The notes under the pieces were generated by a model that saw nothing but the letters and a program-made list of their open reading frames with translations, was not told where the DNA came from and did no database searches. Shown here piece after piece: positions 1 through 12,679 of a stretch of 64,000 nucleotides of DNA. This DNA comes from Octopus vulgaris (lineage: Eukaryota), in the NCBI GenBank assembly GCA_951406725.2, contig OX597829.1, positions 19,840,001 through 19,904,000 on the forward strand. Direction: 5' to 3'. The stretch's first letter is position 1; each line of letters opens with the position of its first letter. Made by a program: the position numbers and the translations under genes.

Positions 1-200
1 TCCCAGAATACAGAATGATATCCTTTAGTGAGCATATTGAGAAATGCGCAAAGCAACTACTACCACAATTTTTAATCTTTCCATTTTATCAATGTGCTAT
101 CGGAACACCAACACAAATTAGACTAAACAAGGAAACATTCTTCATTGAAAAATATAAGCCCAAACTTAACCACTCTAACATTCTTATACAGAGAAACTCA
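1..200 (+). mobile_element. Penelope-like element, C-terminus of the GIY-YIG endonuclease (fragment)
   Basis: Translation SEHIEKCAK...FLIFPFYQ...RLNKETFFIEKYKPKLN fits the PLE endonuclease C-terminal pattern (H...E..FI....P.LN). Confidence 0.6.
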
Positions 201-511
201 CCCCATTAAATTTTTTAAAAAGGCAAGAAATATAAAGCAATTATCTCCCTTACACCGGAAGAAATCATTTATTACCTTCCCTTACCTGGAACTCTTCTTT
301 ACACTTCTTAAATGAAATCATAACAATGTTTTGAGAAATTTGAAAAGTTAACACGAAACTGGTAATTTCTTCAAAAACTATGTCACTGTATGAAGAAAAT
401 TTATAACATTCTTCTGACATAATGACTCAAATATATTTTTTAACCTTTTAAAACAAGCCTTCTGTAGTTTTTTCGCTTTTTACTATTTTCTATATATTCA
501 ACCACGTGCTT

Positions 512-3140
512 TCACAGCCACTGACCAGATCTGTGGATGAAGCAAAGTACCATCTCGACCCAGAGTAACATGGTGGTGGAACACTGTGGTTGACAGGGTT
601 ATTAGACAAAAGAGACAGGCTTGGAAGGACTGGAAGAACGGTGGTAGCAGGGAATTGTATCAGACAGCCAGAAGGGAAGATTGGAGACAGGTTTATTTAG
701 CCAGAGGGGAAGCAGATAAGAAAAAATTTGCCAATGTTTTGAGCCGTGAGGATGAAAGACTTGAGGTATTTCGTGTTGCAAGACAGTGTCTGAGAGAGAA
801 TCGTGATGTGGTAGGAGAGAAGTGTGTTCGCATGGATGATGGTTCACTTGCGCTAAATGAGGATGCAAAGAGAGAGGTTTGGAGATGCCACTATGAACGG
901 TTGCTGAATAAAGAAAATGAATGGGATAAAGAGAGTCTGCCGAATGTCAACCCAACAGAGGGACCAGCCATCTGAGTTGAAAATTCTTTGGTAGTTAAAG
1001 CAATTAGAAGCATGAAGACAGGGAAAGCCCCAGGCCCATCAGGAATTACTGCAGAGATGCTCAAAATATCTGGCAGTGTCGGCTATAACCTAGTCACCCA
1101 TATAGTCAACCAGGTGATACACGAAGGAGTCATACCCAATGACTGGTGTAGCAGCATACAAGTCAACTGCTACAAAGGTAAAGGTGATGCCCTAGAAATA
1201 AATAATTATAGAGGTATCAAGCTGTTGGATCAGGTAATGAAGGTTACGGAGAGGGTCATAGCCCAACTAATTAGAGAGAGAGTTAGTTTAGATGAGATGC
1301 AGTTTGGGTTCGTGCCAGGGAAAAGTACCACTGATGCTATATTCCTGGTAAGGCAGCTGCAGGAGAAATACCTAGCTAAAGATAAGCCCCTGTACCTGGC
1401 TTTCGTTGAAATGGAGAAAGCCTTTGATAGGGTCCCCCGATCCCTTATCTGGTGGTCAATGAGGAAACTAGGGATAGATGAATGGCTGGTGAGGGCTGTG
1501 CAAGCCATGTACAGAGATGCCGTAAGTAAGGTTAGGGTTGACAACATGTACACAGAAGAATTCAAAGTAGAGGTTGGGGTCCACCAGGGTTCAGTACTCA
1601 GCCCCCTCCTATTTATCATAGTCCTCCAGGCAATTATGGAGGAATTCAAGACAGGTTGCCCCTGGGAGCTCATCTATGCTGACGACCTTGCTCTAATTGC
1701 TGAGTCACTATCAGAACTGGAGGAGAAGTTCCAGGTGTGGAAGGAGGGTTTAAAATCGAGGGGCCTTAGAGTCAACCTAGCTAAAACCAAAGTACTAATA
1801 AGTAGGAAGGTAGACAATCCACAAATGTCTTCAGGAAGATGGCCCTGCTCGATCTGTAGAAAAGGTGTAGGTAGAAACTCTATAAGATGTACCCAGTGTA
1901 AGCTATGGACACATAAGAGGTGCAGCAATGTCAAAGGTAGGCTAACTGGGAAGATAGTTTTTGTATGTGGCAGATGCTCGGGAGCATTAACCTCCGAAAA
2001 TCTGCAGAAAACAACTTCCGTCACTTTCCAGGGGGAAAAACTAGAAGCAGTTGATAGCTTCCGTTATCTAGGTGACCAAGTCAGTAGTGGGGGTGGGTGC
2101 ACTGAAAGTGTAACTGCTAGAATAAGAATAGCCTGGGCAAAGTTTAGGGAGCTCTTACCTCTGCTGGTGACTAAAGGCCTCTCGCTCAGAGTAAAAGGCA
2201 GACTGTATGATGCATGTGTACGAACAGCCATGCTACATGGCAGTGAAACATGGGCCGTGACTGCTGAGGACATGCGTAAGCTCGTGAGGAATGAAGCCAG
2301 TATGCTCCGATGGATGTGTAATGTCAGTACTCATACTCGACAGAGCGTTAGTACCTTGAGAGAAATGTTGTACCTAAGAAGCATCAGTTGTGGTGTGCAA
2401 GAAAGACGATTGCGCTGGTATGGTCATGTGGCGAGAATGGATGAAGATAGGTGTGTGAGAAAGTGCCAATTCCTAGCAGTTGAGGGAACTCGTGGAAGAG
2501 GTAGACCCAGGAAAACCTGGGACGAGGTGGTGAAGCACGACCTTCGAACTTTAGGCCTCACTGAGGAAATGACAGCGACTGAGACCTTTGGAAATATGCT
2601 GTACGTGAGAAGACCCGGCAGGACAAGTGAGTCCAGCCCACTTATGAATGCCTTTCCTCCCTTGGACACAAAGACCTGTTGAGGCAAGCGAAGTCGATAT
2701 AGAACCTCATCCGATGACAGGCACCCATGCCAACCCGCTTTGCTTGCGAAGACATGTTGGGGCAAGCGAAATCAAAATCGAAATCGAAATCGAATTGAAC
2801 CAGCCAGGACCCCTGGACTGGTGGTACGTAAAAAGCACTATACAACTCGTGGCCGATGCCAGCGCCGCCTCGACTGGCTTCCGTGTCGGTGGCACGTAAA
2901 ATGCACCAATCCGACCGTGGCCGTTGCCAGCCTCGCCTGGCACCTGTGCAGGTGGCACGTAAAAAGCACCCACTACACTCACGGAGTGGTTGGCGTTAGG
3001 AAGGGCATCAAGCTGTAGAAACATTGCCAGATAAGATTGGAGCCTGGTGCAGCCTTCTGGCTTCCCAGATCCCAGGTCGAACCATCCAACCCATGCTAGC
3101 ATGGAGAACGGACGTTAAACGATGATGATGATGATGATGA

Positions 3141-3143
<3 letters not shown>
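512..3143 (+). mobile_element. 5'-truncated RTE-clade LINE (reverse transcriptase with an inserted PHD-like finger), disabled
   Basis: Motifs WWWN, GKAPGPSG, NYRGIKLL, QFGF, KAFDRV, GVHQGSVLSP, YADD, FRYLG, RRLRWYGHV, GRGRPRKTW; in-frame stops at ~538 and 973-975; frameshift near 2575; ~500-nt 3' UTR ending in (GAT)n. Confidence 0.95.
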
Positions 3144-3213
<70 letters not shown>

Positions 3214-3496
3214 ATGTATATGATGGGCTTCTTTTCAGTTTCTGTCTATGAAATCCACTCACAAGGCTTTGGTTGGCTATAGCAGAAGACACTTGCCTGA
3301 GGTGTCACACAATGTGATTGAACCTAGAACCATGTGGTTGGTAAGCAAGCTTACTTACCACACAGCCACTCCTGCACGTTAATTTCACGAGCAGGCTGTT
3401 CTGTTGATTGTATCACTTGGAACCCTTGTCATTGTAACTGACGGAGTGTTAGTGAGTGAATATATATGTTTATTTACATACAAATCCACACAAAAG

Positions 3497-3821
3497 AACA
3501 TAGAAATTCATGTAAATCATGCCAACCTTACACCAATAATAACAAAACAAATTGCAATTTGAATGAAAAGAAGCTAATAAACCAGTTATCTTGAAATATA
3601 CTCAGCTGTTACGCATATTTTATGATTCTTTATTAGAAACAGAAAAAAGGAAAAGTAAAGTTCTTGTAAAGTTAATATTGGATCCAGTTGATAATGAATT
3701 TAATAATATAAGTCAACTTTCTTCGCATAACCAGAAGATTTGGAATAAATCTGATTAAAGAGCAAATTCTAAATGTTACTTTCAGACAAAAATCTTTGTT
3801 GTCAACATGTCAAACTGGTGA
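3497..3821. repeat. 325-bp segment duplicated in inverted orientation at 28962-29286
   Basis: Base-by-base reverse-complement match with only a handful of differences. Confidence 0.92.
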
Positions 3822-3949
3822 TATCAATAAATCATTGTTTTAATTAACATCTACTTCTTGCTTTTATTTTTAATTTATTTAATTTATTTATCTTTTAAAG
3901 TTTCTGAGTTATGTTGGACGTAAAAATATTGAAATTTTAAACTATGCTA

Positions 3950-4340
3950 TTAACAATTATCATTATTGCCATCTTTATCGTCAACATCCTCACAACCATC
4001 ATCATTATCATTGTTATCATCATCACCATCACCATCATCATCATCGCTGCCACCACCACCACTACCACCACTACCACCACCACCATCATCACCAATACCA
4101 TCATCATCATCATCGTCATCGTCGTCGTCATCATCATCATCATTGTCATCCTCATCGTCGTCGTCATCATCAGCATCGTCATCCTCATCATTGTTGTCAT
4201 CATCATTGTCATCGTCATTGTCATCATCATCGTCATCGTCATCGTCAACATTGTCGTCATCATCATTGTCATTCTCATCGTCATCGTCATCATTGTTACC
4301 ATCATCATCACCATTGCTATTGTTGTCACCATTATCATTT
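3950..4340. repeat. Degenerate (CAT/CAC/CGT)n trinucleotide repeat
   Basis: Seen directly in the sequence. Confidence 0.95.
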
Positions 4341-4392
4341 TCTGGACCTATAACAAATCCTCTCAGTTTTTTCTCAGCATCCTGCTATCCAA

Positions 4393-4397
4393 TATAA

Positions 4398-4433
<36 letters not shown>

Positions 4434-4670
4434 GTGCCCTTTTAAAGCCTAGCCAGGCTCATGGGCCCAGTTTCAATGGCATATGTGATCTCCAGCTGGA
4501 CGGGACGCCAGTCCATCGCAGTGTTACCCATTTTTGCTAGCTGAGTGGACTGGAGCAACGTGAAACGAAGTGTTTTGCTCAAGAACACAACGTGTCACCC
4601 GGTCCAAGAATCCAAACCATAATCTTACAATCATGATGCTGACACCCTAACCACTAAGCCATGTGCCTCC
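4393..4670 (-). mobile_element. tRNA-headed SINE of a third family with a (TTTA)n tail; relatives at ~15080-15182 and 17275-17590
   Basis: Minus strand ggaggcacatggcttagtggttagg...ttcttgagcaaaacacttc...; (AAAT)n at 4395-4432. Confidence 0.75.
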
Positions 4671-5750
4671 ACGCTGTCAAATATCACTTGATGTAAAAGG
4701 ATTTCTCTTGTAGTAGTCTTTAGAATATTCTAATCGATTCTAAGAATGAACAGAAGAATTGTCATCAAGAACAATATGGAAGTTAGCAAAATACCACTTG
4801 GACACAGACCTACGTTTAATCAGCCTAGGTTGGGTTGTCTTGATGTGGATGTTTGCTGTAAGACTCAAAACACCTGGTAACCTGAGGATACATCTCTGGT
4901 GATGTATCTAAGTATTATATCCATAGCTGTAAGAAGGCAGTGATCTGGCAGAACCATTAGCATGCTGGGCAAAATGCTAAGCAATGTTTCATCCATCCAT
5001 ATGTTCTGAGTTCCAATTCCTCCACAGTCAATTTTGCCTTTCATCCTTTCAGGGTCAATGAAGTTAAGTACCATTGAGCACTGGAGTCAATGAAATCAAT
5101 TTAGCCCCTACCCTGAAATTGCTGGCCTTGTGCCAAAATTTGAAAACATAATTGTAGCTTTAAAATGGAACTTGATTAACCAAATAGGGCTTTTGTCATT
5201 ATACCCAGTTCCTTTTGCATATACTGGAAAAAGGTTTGAAAGATATTCGTAATTTTCTACTGTCTCATTGTTCTGCCATAATTTCTATCTTTTTTTCCTT
5301 TCACTCTTCTTGCAGTTGTCTGTTTCTTCAACTTCTATTTTGTATTTGTTGGCTTCGTCAAAATCAGAAAAAAGTATTTTCTTTTGTGGATATCTGCATT
5401 AGTTTTCTAATATTCTTTGCAAGATATTTTTGCAGTCCCACTATAGGTTTTCCATAACAACTTTTTCATTGCAGAATGCACCTACATCTCTATATTTCTA
5501 ATAAATACAACCTTTCTGTATTGGATTTTGTGTGATGCATCCAATAAGTAGTCAATATTTTTGTTTGTTTTTGCATCTAATTTGCTAACCCATTTAGTTT
5601 GAAGGTGAAATTATTATTATTATGGATTATTACTGAGACTCCTAGTGTATTAATGCCAATTACTTTATTTTTAGCACTTAGCTCTGTTTTAAGTATCAGT
5701 CTAACATGCTTGTAATATTCCTTTCTAACCCTTTCTTTCACTTCTGAATC

Positions 5751-7330
5751 TACAGGGTGACCCCAAAAAAATTTACTCACACTGACACCCCACAACTCAT
5801 TTAATTTTCATTTCTTTTCAGATCAAATAGACTCAAATGATGGCAGAAGTATGACCAAGTTTTGAAGAAAGAAAATTTATCATAAAGTACTATTGGAACC
5901 ATGGAAACATCATAGCACTGCAAAGACAATTTAGAAGATATTTCCATAAATATCTATAAATGCAACGCACCATTGCTTGCATCTGAAATAAATTTGAATC
6001 AGATAGAACCCTGCATGATGTCTGTAAGGAGTATTCAGGAAGACCATAGTTACCAGCCAATCCTGCAAAGAAAAAACAATTGTTGAAAGCCCTTCACCAA
6101 TCCCCACAAGAATCTGTATGGCAAATGGCTCATGAGACAGGAATCTCAAAATCAAGCACCCATTTCATTTTGAAGCATGTTCATTGAAAATGTTACATTA
6201 ATCCACACTCTATATGAATAAACTCCTGTCTGGAGAGCTGAATTTTGTGAGTGGTGTCTAGCCAAAGATGTAGAAACAAAGATGTAGCATTTCCTTCCAT
6301 AATTGTTTGAAGTGATGAGGCCAGCTTTGACTTAAATGACTCAATTAACCAACACAATTACAACTATTGGGCTCCTGAGAATCTGTACCTTTCTATGGAA
6401 CACCATTTAAATTTACCAGGGGTTACACTTCTAGGGTAATCCTTCTTTGACCAAACTGTCACTGGGGATATTTACTTGTGCTTGTTGCAGGGATCCTTCA
6501 TTTCACATGTTGAAGAGATCTTTGATGATGAAAAGTTTTATTTTCAACAAGATGAAGCATCTCTCTGCTACCATTATAATGTAAGGGTCTATCTTGATGC
6601 AACTTTTCTAAACAAATGTATTAGGAAAAGAGGCAGAGTTGAATTCCCTGCACATTCTCTAGACCTCACTCCAATGGACTTCTTTTTATGGGGATACTTC
6701 AAAGATGTTGTGGTGTACCTGAGCATGTTGTGGTGCACCTGAGCACTGTATACAATAATTTCATTATTATATTCAATGTTTTTAATTCTGTAGACTTTCG
6801 GTTTTTGGCACATCAGTTCTTAGTAGACCATAAGGTTTATGGTTCAAAACCAGCAATAGTTGAAGAGTTGAAAACAAAAATTGAACAAAGATATCTCGCA
6901 GTTCCAAATGAAATAATCTGTAATGCTGTTGAATCAATTAATCCATGTTAATGACTGTATTTGTAAAGAAGTGGTTATCATTTTGAACATTTGTAAACAC
7001 AAATTTATCTATTTATGCATTTAACCATTAACTGTTTCATTACCAACCTGACTGAAACCAGCTCTGGCTCTGAGTACAAATGTCTTGTTTTTTATAAGTT
7101 TTGAATTAAAATCTTCCACCAAATCTTAGTCACAATTTATGTTCCTAACGCTAGCTGAATGATAACTAAGTTATTTTACTAAATTCTTTATTATATTTAA
7201 AGTAATTGAAAGAAACACAGAGCATCTCAAAATAAATACAGTAACGAAAGGGTTAATCTTATTTCTAAGTCAATAAACAATACATTTATTGTAATTTGAA
7301 GAATGAGTGCATCTTTGATATATCCTACAT
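5751..7330 (+). mobile_element. Decayed Tc1/mariner-superfamily transposon with nested insertions
   Basis: Starts TA-CAGGGTG; transposase remnants FQQDEA (FQQDGA) and FPAHSLDLTPMDFFLWGYFKD (WPPRSPDLTPLDFFLWGY); interrupted by a CR1 tail at ~6708 and a MITE at 7028. Confidence 0.8.
7028..7256. mobile_element. piggyBac-type MITE (TTAA-flanked)
   Basis: TTAA-C...GTAACGAAAGGG-TTAA; homologous to 52155-52382. Confidence 0.8.
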
Positions 7331-8318
7331 AACATTCCTTGTAAACATTTTCTTTCATTTAGCTGCTATACTCTGTCTAGTTTTGAACTCCCTATGTATT
7401 TGTAAAAATGTATTTCATGAAACTTTTGTAAGGTTGTTTCTTTGTCTAACACTAGCTTAAAAGCCACACTCCATATGGGCATTTAAGCTAGCTCCTGCAG
7501 AGGGCTAATTAGACCTGTAGCCCAGAACTAAAGAGAGCCAAAAAGTATGACTATAATACATCTGAAATGACCATATGCCCTTGCGGTGTTTGATCAGAGG
7601 TTAAGGATAGATGGGATTTAATTCTGTAATGCAATCATTCTGTTGGTCCAGTCCCAAGTTGAATTTGTCTCAAAGTTCTTATTTCAACATAAAATTAATG
7701 AAGCAAATGTCATTTATCTCCCCCACCCCGATCTCTGACATCATCTGACAAATGCCAACCAAGTTAGTGTGAATCAGCCAAGCTTTACCTGCTAGAAATA
7801 GCAACCTGAATGCTTTCAAGTCAGATCTCAATGCTGGATGTTCAGAACCAAACAAAGGCCAGATTTTCAATCCTGGGATCATCCTGATTCCAAAAAAGTA
7901 TAATATGTCTATGCACAGCAAATGTAGGCTGAAATACAGGGGCCCCAGACACACAGAATTCTGCTTTTATTATAATAGACAATATTAATTGTTTTTAACT
8001 TTCTATATTTCTTGGTTACATTGTCGCATGTTTTAAACCTGAATTTTATATTGCTTCTAGTTAATTTATGTACTGTCTTTCGCTGTGTTTTTAGTTGTTT
8101 ATCATTTTTTCTCTCTCTTTTTTTTATTATTTCTTTTGCTTTTTATAATAGTAGGTGCAGGAGTGGCTGTGTGATAAGTAGCTTGCTTACCAAGCACATG
8201 GTTCTGCGTTCAGTCCCACTGTGTGGCACCTTGGGCAAGTGTCTCCTACTATAGCCTTGGGCCGACCAAAGCCTTGTGAGTGGATTTGGCAGATAGAAAC
8301 TGAAAGAAGCCCATCGTA

Positions 8319-8370
<52 letters not shown>

Positions 8371-8565
8371 GTTAATCCAAACAAGAAAGCACAAAAAAAC
8401 ACAACAACACGAGGACGTGGAACAAATATAGTATTATTGGACGCCCAGGAAAGGAGGGTTTAACGTTTCGAGCGGAGCTCTTCGTCGGAAACATAGGAGA
8501 AGGAAAGATCCAGAGAAGAAGGGAAGACAGAGGAAAAAAAATCGCCAACGGTACAAACGTGGTCA
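8371..8565 (-). mobile_element. ~200-bp hammerhead-bearing short element inserted in the (TA)n of a SINE; copies at ~13780-13965 (+) and ~20370-20570 (-)
   Basis: Three homologous copies. The combined motif is GTTT-CTGACGA-A-GAGCtccGCTC-GAAA-CGTT-AAAC; each copy has different core mutations. Confidence 0.65.
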
Positions 8566-9205
8566 TATATGTATGTGTGTGATCCTGTGTTTGTCCCCCC
8601 AACATTGCTTGACGACCAATGCTGGTGTGTTTACTTCCCTGTAACTTAGTGGTTCAGCAAAAGAGACTGATAGAATAAGTACTAGGCTTACAAAGAATAA
8701 GTCCTGGAGTCGATTTGCTGGACTAAAGGCGGTGCTCCAGCATGGCCGCAGTCAAATGATTGAAACAAGTAAAAGAGAGTAAAGAGTAAGAGCATAAAAA
8801 AATAGCTGTAGAAGAAGTGGGCTTTATGCAGAAAACCTTTTGGGAAAGTAAATAAAAAATTTACAAACATTAATAGTGGAAATATAGTTCTATATTTAAG
8901 AGATGTGGAATTATGAACATTATTTACATTATTTACATTTGGCGGATATTTGTCCTCATCTCGTTTGAAGGCTGGAGAGTATCTCAGCTGAAACATTGTG
9001 TTAACAACAAACAAGATGAGGACAAAAATCAGTCAAATGTAAATAATGTAAATAATTAATAGTGGGAAGTCAGTAACATTGGAAGAGTTACGTTTCTGGA
9101 AAAGAGAACTGATGGAAATTTCTAAAGGAACTCACAGTGGGAGAGATAGAAAGGAAGAAAGAAATAACAGAGAGATGGAAAGAAGGAGGAGGAGGAGGAG
9201 GAGGA

Positions 9206-9272
<67 letters not shown>

Positions 9273-10072
9273 CAATTCTTGAATTCAAAGGGCCTTGAAA
9301 TTCAACTTAACAAGACCAAAATTTTATTAAGCTGGGAAAAACAGAGAAGATACTACTCCTATTGGGAAAATGATTTTGCATGACATGTAGAAACGGTATT
9401 GATAGGAATTCCATAAAGCATACCCAATGCAAACTATGAAAACATAAGTGGAATCACAAGAAGGTTATCAGAGAAAGTAAACTTTGTGGCACATGTGCAG
9501 GAGCAACAAACATTAAGAACTTACAGGAAATAGGTTTTCTTGTATGCCTAAGAGGATCACAAGGAGTAGTAGATAGCTTTTGTGACCTAGGTGGCAACTC
9601 AGGCAGTCACCTGGGGTGCCAAGGAAGCACATGACAAAGACAAGGTAATTTCCACAACTATCAGCTTGTACATGCCTGAGCAACTATCAGCTTGCTCAGG
9701 GCAACAGTTGAAAGTATAGTTGTTAGAATAAGAACTGGTTGGAGAAAATTCATAGAGCTACTACTTCTGTTAGTAACAAAAGGCTTTTTTACATGGTACC
9801 AGCACAGGTGTTTTTTTTTTAAATGGCACTAACACACTAGCAGGATCACCAAGTAGCTTGCAAGACAAAGGCTTCTCAGCTGAGAGAGGGAGTGGAACCA
9901 AGGGAAGTGCCTGTGAGCCAGCTGAATGGTTAAAGAATAGTAGAGAGGCAGAGATAGTTGACTTACTATAGAGGACAGGGAAAGAGAAGGAGAGAGGGCA
10001 TTAGTGAGAGAAGTAGAGAGATAGTAAGAGTGTAAGAGAGAGAGAGAGAGAGAGAGATAGAAATAGGTGGTT

Positions 10073-10128
<56 letters not shown>

Positions 10129-10384
10129 TTAATAAGGGTGAGAGAATTAGATACTAATTTAATAGATATACTATTAAATTAGTATCTAATTCTCTCACCC
10201 TTATTAATTAATTATAATTATGCTACATTTATTTCTAAATGCAGTATTTGTTTTCCATGAAAGTTTGGCGCGCTGTTAGTTGGGGCATTTGAATTATAAC
10301 GTCGGATGTAATCAATTGAACCACACACGTATTTATCGTTATGGTAAAATCTGGCGTGTGATTGAGTGGATTTCATCCAGATAG

Positions 10385-10466
10385 TTTTGGCTGACGAGCT
10401 ACAAGTGGATTTTTTTGTAAGTAAAATTACATTTAATTCATTAATAGCGAAACAATTGTCCCAAAA
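10385..10466 (+). ncRNA. Type I hammerhead ribozyme, canonical core
   Basis: Stem I TTTTGG/CCAAAA; CTGACGA at 10391-10397; stem II GCTA/TAGC; GAAA at 10449-10452; palindromic stem III A-CAATTG-T; GTC triplet, predicted cut after 10460. Confidence 0.88.
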
Positions 10467-10885
10467 TAATCTGTATTTTTGTTATTTTTTATTTGCCCTG
10501 TCCGTGTGAGCTAACAATCGTACTGACTTTCATGGGAAACATGTATTTTTGTGGTTGAAACCTTTTGGATTAACTGGTGCTAGAGTGAGCCATATAGTGA
10601 CCACTCTCTTATATTTATTATATATATATATATATATATAATACAAAATGGGACAAGAACGCAAAATATCCAGACAACTAAGTGATACAAAAAGGGGACA
10701 AAAAAGCATCCAGAAAGACGATACAAAGAAAACAAGGACGGATGGGTCATCCAAAGTTTTCTATCTTCAGTCAAGAACCAGATTATCCTCGCAATTTCGG
10801 CTGATTATTCTTGAGATTGCTCCAATCTGACCTGCCCCAAGGAAAAACTAAGCTAAGAGCATTAGATTCCTTGAAAGAAAGCAGC

Positions 10886-10949
<64 letters not shown>

Positions 10950-12013
10950 ATATACATATGTATGTATGTATGTATGTATGTATGCATGTACGCACACACA
11001 CACACACACACACATAAAATTAGATCTCTTGCTCAATTTCCTCCTCAAGCCAGTCATTATCTTTCTACCACTGACCATTTCATTACCTTCATAACCGTAG
11101 TACTTTGCTGTTTGAGCATTATATTTTCATTATATTTTTCTGTGATATCAGTTATCCTTCTTGCTATCCAGAACCAATTCACTTGACATCCATTCTTCAT
11201 TCTTAACATTGCCCCTCTCCATTCACATTTTACATTGATCACCTGGGACAGTTTGACAGGATTCGATGACTATGACTTCTCCCTATATACCAAATGCATT
11301 TTTGTGGTACCAACTCTATAAAGGTCGGCTTGCCATGAGTTAGGAGTGGCTGTGTCGTAAGTAGCTTGCTTACCAACCACATGGTCCCGGGTTTAGTCCC
11401 ACTGCATGGCACCTTGGGCAGGTGTCTTCTACTATAGCCTCGGGCCGACAAAAGCCTTGTGAGTGGATTTGATAGATGGAAACTGAAAGAAGCCTGTCGT
11501 ATATATATGTATATATATGTATGTGTGTATATGTTTGTGTGTCTGTGTTTGTCCCCCCCCTCGACATCGTTTGACAACCGATGCTGGTGTGTTTACGTCC
11601 CTGTAACTTAGTGGTTCAGCAAAAGAGACTGATAGAATAAGTACTAGGCTTACAAAGAATAAGATCTGAGGTCTATTTGCTCGACGAAAGGCGGTGCTCC
11701 AGCATGGCCACAGTCGAATGACTGAAACAAGTAAAAGAGTGAAAGAGAGGCCTTTGCCCTGTGCTGGCCGAGAGACTGTTTTAGAATTGTTTGTGCAGTG
11801 GGATTGATATATATATTATGTATATTTATAAATAAGGATAAGATCGTTATTTAAAATACCGATCATATCAAGTGGCTAGCATGGGACGTCCAACTCATGC
11901 CAACACGGAAAATGGATGTTAAATGATGATGATGATGATGATGATGTGTGTGTGTGTGTGTATTATATACATGTAATTGGGCATTTAGCTTTATAGTATC
12001 TAAATTTGCAGAT

Positions 12014-12111
12014 AGATTTGTTTGCAGGCAGTTTAACTTAATGGTAAAGCACTCAGCTGCAGTCTTTGAGGGACGTGGGTTCGAGTCCCATGGCTGGTTG
12101 CTAACAAATCT
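12014..12111 (+). other. tRNA-like (pseudo-tRNA) module enclosed in a short inverted repeat
   Basis: D-arm-like acttaatggtaaagc; T-arm gtggGTTCGAGTCccat; flanks agatttgtttgca / tgctaacaaatct. Confidence 0.5.
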
Positions 12112-12679
12112 TTCTACTTTGTAAGGGTAATTTACCTAATATTTCTGATGTCCTAATGGAATTTCTACATTATAAAAAATTACCATCTTATTTGTATTAT
12201 ACAATATAAATGTGTGTATGTGTTCTTTTTCTCTTTGAGTAAGTTTTGATTGGCCACATACTCGGTAGTAAGGTTGTGAAGGGAAGCATCTCCTTTTAAC
12301 CATTGTTATTTAAATCTAAAGAAGGTTTTGCAGATACTTATAATTCCAGATAACATGATCATTTGATGCATATGAATTGAGGATTTGCATTCTCTCCACA
12401 AGATCCCAAGTTCAGCCATACTTTGCTCCAGACAGATTGGTATGTATGCTCTTGCTCCAGTGATAATATGTATGAAGCTTAAAGTGAACCTTGGGTACTG
12501 GATTTGGAAACTCCTAATCAATGGTCCATAGATGTCCTCTTTCTCTTGTAGTTTCTAACCACGTTGGTGCCCAGAGAGCATGTACATATGTATGTGTGTA
12601 TGTATGTATGTATGTATGTATGTATGTATGTATGTATGTATGTATGTATGTATGTATGTATGTATGTATGTATGTATGC

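Noticed and set aside
3937-4408. Poly-Ile/Ser/Met ORFs
   Set aside because: Stop-free translations of a (CAT)n-type repeat in several frames, with no splice or codon evidence.
10760-10880. Hammerhead in the 10640/22050 repeat (minus-strand CAGCC-GAAA and CTGAAGA)
   Set aside because: The motifs are not in a compatible order or pairing; no CUGANGA precedes the stem that ends in GAAA.
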